Source: Cyanophora paradoxa CCMP329 (lineage: Eukaryota; Plantae; Glaucophyta). From it: 64,000 nt of DNA. Shown piece after piece: positions 13,130 to 23,790 of the stretch. Below the pieces are notes generated by a model, which saw nothing but the letters and a program-made list of their open reading frames with translations, had not been told where the DNA came from and searched no databases. The stretch is taken from positions 62,001-126,000 of the forward strand of contig QPMI01000399.1 in assembly GCA_004431415.1 (NCBI GenBank), given 5' to 3'. Numbering within the stretch: position 1 is the stretch's first letter; every line of letters begins with the position of its first letter. A program made the translations under genes and the position numbers.

Positions 13130-13270
13130 TGAAATTCTCACCGAACGGCAACACCCCGCGCCCTTCGGCTACCTTAGTGTCACTCGCAGCTCAGCCGCCC
13201 GAATCCTAGACGGCCGCTGGCTGAATGATGAAGCCCTCAATGCCTACCTAGCTATTCTTGCCGACCTCCA
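13130..13270 (+). pseudogene. N-terminal part of a Ulp1/SENP-like (C48) protease domain, truncated
   Basis: ILTE...FGYLSVTRSSAARILDGRWLNDEALNAYL resembles the SENP/Ulp1 WLNDExINxY region. Confidence 0.7.
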
Positions 13271-13486
13271 GCGCCCTCAGCCGCCCCCGGCCCTGCGTTC
13301 CCAGGGCTGGTCCTCCGGCTGGAGCTGCCGCCGCCTCCTTCTCTGCTGCGAGGCCTCCGCGAGGGGTCGTGCGCTGCCGCCGCCTCCTTCTCTGCTGCGC
13401 CCTCAATCGTGTTTGCAGCCCCGCCGGCTGCCCGAGTAGCTGGCCCATCGCCTGCTGGAAAAGCCGGCCCTGGACCAGGGGTGCCC

Positions 13487-13745
13487 GGGCGAGCCCGAGC
13501 GTGGGATCCGTTGCAGTCGGCGTCTCCGCGCCCTCCACGTGCTGCGCCTCCGCAGCCTCCTCCACTGTCGTGCGCCATTCGCCCGTAGGTGCCGACTTCT
13601 CCGCGCGCTGCACCTCCGCAGCCACCTCCGCCGCCGTTGTTGCTACGGCCTGCACGCTTTGGGCGAGCCCGAGCGTGGGGTCTGTTGCGGTCGACGTCTC
13701 CGCGCCCTCCGCACGCTGCATCTCCGCAGCCTCCTCTGCTGTCGT
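13487..13745. repeat. Imperfect repeat, period about 174 bp, within an Ala/Glu-rich minus-strand ORF of unknown origin
   Basis: EEAAExQxxEGAETxTATDPTLGLA occurs twice in ORF 13248..13886. Confidence 0.7.
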
Positions 13746-15208
13746 GAAGGGTCTGGCCGAGCCGCTGGAAACAGCGGCGCGTGGGGAGGGGGGCAACCCC
13801 CTCCCTGCCTGGCCGGACCTATCCGAGCAAATTTTTTTTTCCTCTGCTGTCGTGCGCCGCTTGCCAGCGGGCGCCGCCTCCTCCACGCGCTGCCTTCTTG
13901 CATCCTCCTCCGTCGCGCTCCGCTCGCCAGCGGGTGTCGACTCCTTATCACGGATTGATCACGGACCCCAGGTCCGTTGTCAGCACTTCGTCGGAGGTGG
14001 GGTGACTCAGATGCTGCCAGGCCAACGCCGTTCGCGTTGGGGCCCTGTACTCGTCCCGGCTCTGCAGCGCCCCCGTCCCCGCCTTCGTGTCTGTGAAGAG
14101 CGTGAGCTCGTCGGGATTTGCGCTCTCAATGCGTAAATCGAGTTTTGCGCCGACGGAATGCGAGTAAAGAAGACCGTAGCCGAGCGCCAGGCACGAAAGA
14201 GCTGAGCGACTCGCTAGCCGCGGAGCGGCGCGAGGCGAGCACGGGATTAGCAGCAGGCCGCAGCGAAACACCCCGCAAGGGACTAGCTGAACTAGCCGTT
14301 GGGCCGAGCCGGCGGGCTTGAAGCCGCCGAGCTCCGGGGGGTACGCTGATTCGGGGTTTCCCTTCACGCCCAGCTTCGCTCGTGGCCGCCCCAGGCCACA
14401 AAGCGACCAGCGGCGAAGCGAAATCGCCACAGCCAGCACTTCTAGCACGCCAGCACACCATGTCCGTACGGTCGGCACGACCGCCGACCATCCCAGCTCT
14501 TCCGGCCACGGGCCTTCCCGGCGTCAGCTGGAGCCCATTAGCCGAAGATTACCTGCGGCGCAACCGCACAGCAGCAACCGTGCAGCAGTTCTGCGTTGAC
14601 GGCTGGCCCGAAGGCACCCTCTCACCAGCAATCCTGCCGGAGTCGTCGGCGGGTGGCGGTTCCCGCTTAGATTTGGTTCCTTACTGCCGCGGCGGTACGT
14701 GGGTTCACGACCGGGCTCGCCCACCTCGCTAGCACATAGCGAAGGCTATTCCGGGGGCCCATCGTCAATCCGCGGCCACCGGCCTCGCCTTTCCGTTTAA
14801 GCGGCTACCGCACCTCGCCACCTGATTCCCGTCGGTTGACTGACCACCACCTGCGTGCATGTCGAGACCGACTCGACGCGATGGCCGGCCGCGCCCCTCG
14901 GCGCCCCGGCGGATCCCGCGCAGGATCGCCTCGGCCCGCGTGCGCTTGCGCTGTGGGCCCACCGCCGTCGTTCGGGGCTGGGTCTCGCCCGGCTCGCGCG
15001 ACCCGGGGAGACGATGGAGTACGGCTCCCGCGTGCGCCTCGCGCTGCGGGACGGCCTGCAAGCGTGCGCGCTGTGGGCCCTGTACTCAGAGTTCGGCGGC
15101 CGCATGCGACCCTCGCTGTGGCCCGATCCGCCCCGGCGGACCCCGGCCATGCCCACGGCCGGCGAACTTCCACCAGGAGCACGGTGTTTTCGGTACATTT
15201 CGTTCCCG

Positions 15209-15372
15209 AATTTTTCCGACTTTTACCCAACCGCGCCGGCTGGTTACCCAATTTTTCCGAATTGTACTCAACCGCGCCGGCTGGTTACCCAATGTTTCCG
15301 AATTTCACTCAACCGCGCCGACTGGTTACCCAATGTTTCCGAATTTCACTCAACCGCGCCGGCTGGTTACCC
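15209..15372. repeat. 41-bp minisatellite, 4 copies
   Basis: Unit aatgtttccgaatttcactcaaccgcgccggctggttaccc, head-to-tail with no spacers. Confidence 0.95.
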
Positions 15373-15640
15373 TCTGAGCCTTCTCATCGCCGGGGCGACC
15401 GCTAGGCCGTGTACCGGGTACGTGCAGGCAATCGCCGACATGAACCGAGTTCGCCGACGCCTCCCGCCAACGCCGAGCGAGCCGGTGCAGCCCCGCCCAC
15501 CCTCCCCGCCCGCCCGCCGCGCGCCCCGCCGCAGGAGGCCTTGCGGCGCCGCCGCCGGACGCCCAGGAAGCGAGGGGACGAGGCCGCGACGCCGCTGACG
15601 CCTCCCGCCGACGCCGAGCGAGCCCGTGCAGCCCCGCCCG

Positions 15641-16470
15641 GCACGCTCGTGTACGCAAACCGCAGCGACAGCCTCTACAACGGCAAGGTGATGGGCCTGA
15701 ACCGCGGCACCGTCGCGGTGGGGCAGGCCAGGGCGGCCGGGTTCGCGTTCCAGGACGCCGGCGACGCTGCGGCGGGGTACTTCATGGTCGGACCCGACGG
15801 AAAGGCCTTCGTAGCAAAGCCCCCCGAGTCCACCTGCTCGGTCGCGTTCCGTCCGACGCGCGGTAGGGGCACGGAGGGCGTCACCACGTCGGGCGACTTC
15901 GCTGTAACCGGGTCGCTGTCGGCCACGTGGCTCGCCGGAGCCGCTTCACACCCGAGGACGGCACGGAGCCGATATCGGCGGGTCGCGTGAACTTCGACGT
16001 CCTGCCGGCTTCCGTGATTCCGCCGGAATTCCTAACCACGGCCTCGCAGCTCGACGCCAGCATGATCGAAGGCGTGATCGAAGGCGTTACCCACCCTCAC
16101 CGAAGCGAAACTCGTCGTAAGCACCCTCGCGGCCAGCACCGCCCTGGATGCACCGCTGTTCTCCCACGCCGGCTCAATCCGCGTAGACTCTTCGACCGTG
16201 AACATCGGCTCGCTGAGCGCAACCGCCGTCAACATCGGTACGGGCAGCGCCATGCAGACCGTGAACATCGGCACCGGTGCAGGCATGACCACCATCACCA
16301 TCGGCGGACCGGGCGATACTGTGAACATAGCGGGCTCCGTTGCGGCCATCGCCGCGACCAACCTCGACATCACCGACAAGGCGATAGTCTTGAACAAGGG
16401 AGGAACGAGCGCTACCGCGCGCAGCGCCGGCGTATTCATCGCCAGCGGCGCCGTCGACGACGCCGCCACG
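15641..16470 (+). pseudogene. Frameshifted fragment of a viral fibre/tail-like protein
   Basis: Repeated VNIG motifs and TNLDITDKAIVLNKGG...ARSAG, with a similar GKVMGLNRG...ARAAG upstream; spread over three frames. Confidence 0.55.
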
Positions 16471-18177
16471 CCCCGCGGCAGGGTGATGGGCTGCCCGCAC
16501 CACCAGTGCCGCCGGCCGACTCCGAGCCCTCCCACGCCCTACCTGCACACGAGGCCCGCCCGCCGCGCATCCTGCCACTAGCCCTGGGGCCCGTGCACAG
16601 CTGCCTGTGCACGCAGCGCCCTGCCTCCGAGACCGACTGGGGGGGATGGCGATGCACTTGCGTGCTACAGCTGCCGATGAATATAAGCCAGCTCGGGGTT
16701 CAGGGGAAAATCGAAGGAGAAGCGCATGCAACTGCGGGGACAGGCGCCACGTGCACGCTTCACGCGTAGGTAAGGAGGAGCGGGGGAGGGTCGCTTACAG
16801 GGGGGTACGTGGGAGGAAAACGTACCCATCAACCGCGTGGATCGGCTAGCCTGGGCTCGCGCACGCACGACAGCCACGCTAGGAGAGCAGTCTAATCATG
16901 ACTGCACCGCCTGCCTGAAGCGCCAGCCTGTTCTGATAGCAGGCCGCGGATCCCGCTGTACCACGAAAGCTAGTATCTAAGCGAAGCCAGGAGCTCGAGA
17001 AGCTGGAGGCCGGCCTTACGCCTTATAATTACACAAGCCCAAGCACTAGCGCCCCGTGGCCAGCGCTAGCTCTACCTCACGCCAGTGCTAACGTTAACGC
17101 CAGGTTCGCCGTTGAGCCTCGAATTCCAGTACTAGTACAAGTCTTTGAATTCTCACTGCTTAAGCTCTTCGAGCCCCATGATATATATATGGCCGTCTCC
17201 GAAATTTATATCGCCCCCAGGCCAGAAAGTCATTTAAAAGACCGTTTTTCTTCCCTCACTAGTACTCATCTGATCATGAGTCTTCTTCCCTCTGGATCTG
17301 TTGCCTATTCATCACGCACCAACCAATCGGAAGCAGACCGTCAATCGAACTCGATAGCTGCCTTGAACGCAGCGCTAGCGCTATTGCTAGCGCCGGTGCA
17401 GTTGCGGCAACAGGCCACGGGCCACGTGCACGGATCCGGACACAGTCGGCCAGCCGCCGCGGATCCGGAGGGCCACCGCGCCAGGCCTGCACAGGCACCG
17501 GCTATAGCTACGGGCGGCTCGCAATCGGGCAGCCGCCGACACCCGGCTCGTCCCTCGCCCAATGACTCGGCGAGCTCGGAAGCTGGCCGGCACCAGGGAC
17601 ACATGGAAATTCCTCTCCCATCTGTAATCCCATGACCACACCTAGCACGCACGGCCCCGCTGGTATCGGACGTCCCGCGCCGCTGCTCTGCACGCTGTTC
17701 CCGCTTGAACTGTTTACACACGAACGCCTCGGAGCCAAACCTGTGGGCACTCACCGAAAATCGGGCATCATACGCCGCCGCTTTGACTCTGACCAGTACT
17801 GGAGACTCGCGACCTGGAACGCCCGCACCTGCTCTAGCGTTAACCATGTTGGCCAGATCCAGAAATATATGCGTGACTGGGGGCTGAACGTATTAGGGGT
17901 CCAATCACTTAACTGCACCCAGGCAACGGTCAGAGCGATGCGCAGGTCAGTGACATCGGGGCTCATGCTCACGTCCGTGCACGCCGACTCGGCCATGCGC
18001 ACGACTAGTGCTCAGGAGCTCCCAGCTCGAGCTCCGCCCACCCCGCCCCGCTCGCAGAAGAAAATCCGCCAAAATCGAGCCTCCCCACGCGGCTCCGGCG
18101 TAGCCCTTTTTCTCTCAGAAAATATGGCCAAGCACTGTTTTAAGACCTACGCAATGCCAGGCCGCGTGGCCGGCTGT

Positions 18178-19746
18178 TGACTCCCTCTTAGCCCCTGTAA
18201 ACCCGTACCCCGCTGTTTGGCCATTGGCCCATTTTCTGGCCTTTGGCCCACTCGCGTACTGCTCCGTGCATACGGACGCATTCTTCTCATCGTCCCCTGT
18301 CGCCTCATGTGCCTCTCGCCACAGCGCCTCAACTCCGACTTCCTGTCTCTTCTCTTCGGGATCCCTGTGCGTCTTCTCACCTCTTGCGGATCGTTGCGCC
18401 TCTTCTCAATGCTTGCTTTCTGTCCGGCAATCCCGTCCGTCCGCCGTCGCTTTCGTCACTCTCACGTCCTCGTCGTACGCAGTCGTCGTCGTTCTAACGC
18501 GCTCCACACTGAGTCCGCGCGATGCCCGCGCTTTCTTTCTATCTTTTACACTCCATGCTTGCACACACCGCGACCGCAGCCTGCATGTTCCAACTTCTCG
18601 CCTGCCTTGCGGCAGTCAAACTGCGTGCAGCGCCACCGTCACCAGTGCTTGTAGCCTAGTATGCTTAAATGACCTCGCAGCCGATGCTCTCAGCTCATCA
18701 CAGCTCTCCCGCTTACTGGCCTCCAGGTCTGTGCAGCGTGTCCTCGCTCTCTCGTCCCTGTCAACTGCAGATATGTTCGCCCGCTCTCTGTCCGATTGCA
18801 CCACTATGTTTGCTATGTTCAACTTGCTCTGCTTATCGCACGCTCTGCTCAGTTGGGTTGGTACGTGCTCACTCACGCCTTCTTTCTAGCCTGCATTTGC
18901 TGCTGCCCTGCATCCAGCTTTCTTCATAGTGTCTTCGGTCACATACTCTTCTTCTTCTTCTGTCTTCGGGCAGTTGTGGCCCTCCACGAGCTCAGTTGTT
19001 GCTCCATCTTCTAAATTCTGTCGCTGCTTTGTTCCTTCCTTCCTGGGCAAATCTTTTCACGGCGTTATTGCCTTTCTTTTCCATTGACTTTACTTGCCAG
19101 CCGTTTTCCCTTGCACAAACTCAGTTGTCGCGTTAATTCTAGAGATCTAGCCGCTTAGCCCCTTCTTTCTTGATTCGCCCTTCCACAAGGAACAGTATCT
19201 TTTTGGCACTCCTTGCTCATTTTAGTATCTCTCTGACTGTCCCCTTGCTCCTTCCGGTGTGGGCCACCAAATGAAACTAGGGGCTTCTGCAATGTTGGCG
19301 TACCCTGCAACCCCAGTCCACGGGCGTGTCTTTTGCTTCTGTCTTTTGCTTCATCTCTTTTTCTCTACCAAATTTTAATAGTGTTCTCCTGTTTGTTTTT
19401 GCGCTTTCTGCTTTTTTTAATACTGCTTTTGGGCTTTTTTGTCCAGTTTTCCCGAATGTTCTTCCAGGTTTCCCCCCCACACCCCTCTTCCCTAACACCC
19501 TGTCCGGCCTGTTAGGGAGCAGGTCGGTTCAGGAAGTTAGGGCTTTGTCATTGCATGGGGGCCCTACGGCTCGGGTAGGGACCTTGTGCAGCTTGTCTTT
19601 CGCAGGTTTTCGAGAGCATCTCTCATCACTACCCACTGCTAGTGGGTCCCTGACAGAGCCTTGCAAGCTCCTTTAGGGGCCTCTGCGGTTTTGTCATACC
19701 CAGTCTTGCTGGCGTGGGCGTGTCTTTTACTTGCTCTCTCTCTTTT
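18178..19746 (+). mobile_element. About 1.55-kb family-B retroposon 3' portion, pyrimidine-rich with (CT)n tail, lying inside the APE domain
   Basis: 3' end shared with the copies at 12851, 21583 and 32280-32394; removing it restores GRVAGC-ELRF; no long TSD (at most tgt). Confidence 0.85.
18939..18960 (+). mobile_element. 22-bp micro-insertion of the LINE A 3' tip plus (CTT)n tail with 9-bp TSD
   Basis: tgtcttcgg [tcacatactcttcttcttcttc] tgtcttcgg; TSD at 18930-18938 and 18961-18969. Confidence 0.75.
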
Positions 19747-20957
19747 TGTGAGCTCCGATTTGCAAATAATGTTCAGATCTTTATCGCCAGCGTGTACCTC
19801 CCCCCCGGTGAAAGTTGGACGGCGCGGTCTACTGAAAGTGCAAAAATCTTCGACTATCTCCGCACGACCATGTATGCTGACTGGGCGCTCCGCCCCCGCG
19901 CGCACTTTTTCCTTCTTGGCGACCTTAACAGCTGCCTCTGCCCCGAGACGGGCAAAATCAGACAGGGGCAATATGCGACCACACGAGAACCTGATCATCG
20001 CTGGTGGCATGAATTGCTTCACGACTGGACCCTCTCCGACGCTGCCACAGCCATGGGCACCGACGACCAAATCACCTTCATATTTCCTGACGCTCCTGAC
20101 AACCCCAACCCTCGAGGCTTCGCCCCAGACGGCGCGCTCCGCCATGCTACCCGGCTCGACTACATCCTACAATCCCAAGTCGCGACTAACGCTCTTCGAG
20201 CGGCCCAAGCGTCGCCTAGAAACGCCCCTTTCTCCTTGGACCATTTTCCACTCCTTGCAGAGTACAGTAAACGGGCCCTGGCCATCAAATATAAACTGGG
20301 CCCCCCAGCGCTTTCGCACGGCCCTCCGCGTTTCAAGTATGCGACACAGGCATCGCTCACAAAAATTCGCTTCAAAGAACTACTGGAAGAAAAGCTACAG
20401 CAGCCGGTGCTGGGGTCCTCAGCTAGCGTACGGGAGCTACTCGCAACGCTTGAGGACGATGACGGCACCCCGCCAGAGGACCGCCTAGCCCGCCTGCACG
20501 AAGCCCTCAAATCCACCCTCGCCCACATCTGTGATCTTGGCCAATCGCCAGTATTTGGCATCTACACGCCCCCAAAAATCCCTCAAAAATTCTCCCGCCG
20601 CGGCCGCCCCGAATCCAACCTTCTCACGAGGGCCCAGGAGCTGCGCAAGGCATGGGAAGCGGCGCGCCACGGGATTGACTCCACGCCGCGCCGCGTACGG
20701 CACTCCCTCTCTGATCTGCGCAGGGCCATCTCAAATCACAACCGCCGGCTCGACAAACTCCCAATGGACAAGCGGTCAGGCTATCTTAAACTCCCGTTAC
20801 CCCCTGTGCCGCCGCCATTCTCTGCCCGACAATCAAGCTGGCTCGACTATTTTCCGAGCTTCACCACTTGGGCCTTGGCCTTGGACACCAAAGTCCAGGC
20901 CCACATTAAACGTTTCGAAGCCACGACAATCAGAGCAAACCGAGAGCGCTCGCAGCT

Positions 20958-21574
20958 GCAGGGCAGCACAGTCGTGCAACTCTCTTAAACCGACTTCATA
21001 ATCGAATCCAGCCCGAGAACCCCCCAGAGCATGCTCAGGCATGTAGGAGATGTGGGCCCTAGGTTTCAAAATGGCTTGCAGAGAGCACCAAAACATCCAT
21101 GCATGCAGCGTTCATGATGCTCATGAAAATTGATCATGATGCCTGGAAAAGATCCCCACCTTTTAACTGACTGGCGAGGTGTACCTGGGCTAACTCAAGG
21201 GCGCTGGATTCGATTTTGATAGTGGTTAGCGCTGAAAAGGTGCTCTTGCCTGCCAAGCAATAGTGGGCCCCAGTCGCTAACACTTCATTTGTGCCAATTT
21301 GCAGGGCAGCACAGTCACGCAACTCTCTTAAACCGACTTCATAATCGAATCCAGCTCCCTCGAGAACCCCCGACAGCATGCTCAGGCGTGTAGGAGATAT
21401 GGGCCCTAGGTTTCAAAGTGGCTCGCAGCGAGCATCGGAGCACCCATGCATGCAGCGTTCATGATGCTCATGAGAATTGATCATGATGCCTGGAAAAGAT
21501 CCCCACCTTGTAACTGACTGGCGAGGTGTACCTGGGCTAACTCAAGGGCGCTGGATTCGATTTTGATAGTGGTT
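20958..21574. repeat. Tandem repeat with a unit of about 343 bp, 1.8 copies
   Basis: 20958-21227 recurs, slightly diverged, at 21301-21574. Confidence 0.9.
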
Positions 21575-21876
21575 TGATAAGAGAGAGAGAGAGAGAGCAA
21601 GTAAAAGACACGCCCACGCCAGCAAGACTGGGTATGACAAAACCGCAGAGGCCCCTAAAGGTTTGATAAGAAGCTGTTAGCAGCTATATGATGGGTTCTA
21701 AGCCACTTCCGCACATGGCGCAGTGCCGTGCCGGGACGCACGTGCACACACGCGTAATATCCGTGTATGATTAAATGACATACCCCTACACAAGGGATGG
21801 GGTATCACTAGCGTACATGGTACATTCGCTACGGCGAACGGGGAAGGGGGACTACGCTTCGTGACAACTCTCCTCC
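21571..21876 (-). mobile_element. Truncated 3' LTR with polypurine tract of the Gypsy element
   Basis: Minus strand reads ggaggagagt (PPT, 21876-21867) then TGTCACG at 21866, shortly after the integrase stop. Confidence 0.75.
21583..21659 (-). mobile_element. 77-bp family-B 3' end with (CT)n tail and TSD, inserted in the LTR
   Basis: ggtttgataaga at 21571-21582 and 21660-21671. Confidence 0.9.
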
Positions 21877-21938
21877 AAGTAAGAAAAAGGCCACATCCGC
21901 GCTGGCCAAGTCCAAGGAAGGAAAAGAAAAGAAAGAGA

Positions 21939-23047
21939 TCAAGCAGGGTCCCTCCAAGGCTTGAGCCGAGAAGCGTGAACCATTTGGCGCGAGCCCTCAG
22001 CAGGGGAACCATGCTCCTTAGGACCAGATTACTCCAGCAAGAAAGTAACTCCCTTGCCGTGAGAAACATCTTTGAGCACAGTCCAAGGCCCAATGAAACG
22101 GTGGGAAAGCTTGTCAGACCGCCGAGTGGAAGGGGTCTTCACAGCAACAACTTCTCCAGGAATGAAAACTGGTTGAGAAGGCCGCTGCTGTTGCTTGGCA
22201 AGATATTCCTCCTTAGCTTGCTGAATATGAGTATAGATCCGAAAGAAACGCCGTGCCAGTGTAGCCGGATAACCAGAAGGCTCTGAAGTAGTCACTTGAA
22301 CTTCAGGAGTTGCCAGCAAGTCCACAGGAAGAGTACAAGGCCTCCCATACAACATTTCGAAAGGAGTGTAGCCCGTTGTAGGATTAACAAAGTTGCGAAC
22401 TGCAAAGAGAGCGAACGGAAGAGAGAGATCCCATGTCGAAGCGTTCCTGTCAATATAAAACCGTAGGCGAGTAACCAAAGTGTCATTCAATTTTTCCACA
22501 GCTCCTTGTGACTGCGGATGATAAGAAGAAGAAAAGACCGCCTTTATTCCAAAAAGACGCTCCAGTTCATTAAGAAGCAAATTTTTGAATTCGCCGCCCT
22601 GATCCGACGAAATCTTGGCGGGGACTCCATGAAGGGGAATCCAGTGGTCAAACAACGCCCGAACGACGGAGAGGCTGATGACATGACTGATGGCTGAAGG
22701 TTTCACACGTGAGGTCGTGACCAGGACTCCCCCAGGCCGGCATTAGGAAGAGGCCCGCATTGGGATGTCTGTGGTTGCTTTCCGTGTCTGCGTGTATGAG
22801 CGCCGGACCGCTGGGGCATACATGGTAGACCGTAAGGCGTTTGCGCCGCCACTACCCTTGTCTGGTTTGTTCACTGTCGATTGTGCTTCGGGCCTTCGGG
22901 TCCTTCGCCTTTCATCAAAACCGCACAACCGGCCTGGGCGTGTCTTATACATACTCTTCTTCTTTCTTCCGAACGACGCACATAGCCGACTTCGTTCGCG
23001 CAGGCACCGCGTGGCACCAACGCGTAAAAACATCAATAATAGTAATC
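21939..23047 (-). pseudogene. Ty3/Gypsy integrase core and GPY/F module, interrupted by a LINE A insertion and a stop at 22029-22031
   Basis: ITIIDVFTRW, GVPAKISSDQGGEF, YHPQSQGAVE, TGYTPFEMLYGR, RFIGPW, and VHASRLKP after the stop. Confidence 0.93.
22669..22968 (+). mobile_element. 300-bp 5'-truncated LINE A-family 3' UTR with (CTT)n tail and 10-bp TSD
   Basis: TSD ccgaacgacg at 22659-22668 and 22969-22978; homologous to the reverse complement of about 1470-1712. Confidence 0.92.
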
Positions 23048-23790
23048 ATCCCACTTGGAAGGGCAGAGCCTCTTAGAGGGCCTCTGCTGGGCAGGGTGCA
23101 CCTGCCTAAGGCTAGCGCCTTGTGCATGTTCCCCCTGGAAAGTGTTTGTGTGCACCTGACCTTGCTGTTGTGGGCCCAACGGGAATTCAAACTGACCAGG
23201 GCTAAGAAGGAGTGAACCCAGGAAACACTCAAGTCCCCAAACACTCGGTGGGGGTCCCACTTGGAAGGGCAGAGCCTCTTAAAGGGCCTCTGCTGGGCAG
23301 GGTGCACCTGCCTAAGGCTAGCGCCTTGTGCATGTTCCCCCTGGAAAGTGTTTGTGTGCACCTGACCTTGCTGTTGTGGGCCCAACGGGAATTCAAACTG
23401 ACCAGGGCTAAGAGGGAGTGAACCCAGGAAACACTCAAGTCCCCAAACACTCGGCGGGGGTCCCACTCGGAACAATGGAACTTCTTACAGGGCCTCTGCT
23501 GGGCAGGGTGCACCTGCCTAAGGCTAGCGCCTTGTGCATGTTCTCCCTGGAAAGTGTTTGTGTGCACCTGACCTTGCTGTTGTGGGCCCAACGGGAATTC
23601 AAACTGACCAGGGCTAAGAAGGAGTGAACCCAGGAAACACTCAAGTCCCCAAACACTCGGCGAGGGTCCCACTTGGAAGGGCAGAGCCTCTTAGAGGGCC
23701 TCTGCTGGGCAGGGTGCACCTGCCTAAGGCTAGCGCCTTGTGCATGTTCCCCCTGGAAAGTGTTTGTGTGCACCTGACCTTGCTGTTGTG
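23048..23790 (-). repeat. 206-bp satellite, about 3.6 monomers, inverted relative to the main array
   Basis: 69-aa pseudo-ORFs recur at 23212, 23418 and 23624 (period 206). Confidence 0.97.

Larger units (their letters stand above)
8733..13270 (+). mobile_element. Degenerate RNase H-bearing LINE (family C'), from late RT through RNase H and Cys/His motif to a C-terminal Ulp1-like domain
   Basis: FKLLGLRMTANLS, IARIAY, LDAIWLTTVKHH, YSDAS, KVRAH, RVEGDP, CVRC...HALIYC, IWATRC are colinear with ORF 49882..54972; several frameshifts. Confidence 0.9.
17190..20957 (+). mobile_element. 5' part of a family-C-like LINE (C''): AP endonuclease and linker, interrupted at 18178-19746 and truncated before RT; 5' boundary approximate
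   Basis: LATWNAR, LGVQ, GSGVALF, PGRVAGC|ELR...SVYLPP, LLGDLNS, RLDYIL, LDHFPL are APE motifs colinear with ORF 48288..49781. Confidence 0.9.

Noticed and set aside
13948-14760. DIRS RT/RNase H fragment (LFTD on the minus strand; GFALSMRKSSFAPT on the plus strand)
   Set aside because: Isolated short motifs on opposite strands with no supporting neighbours.
15209-15372. 41-bp repeats as CRISPR repeats
   Set aside because: Head-to-tail with no spacers.
18175-19752. Family-B insertion acting as a GT-AG intron that restores the APE
   Set aside because: The nearest GT and AG would leave the APE out of frame.
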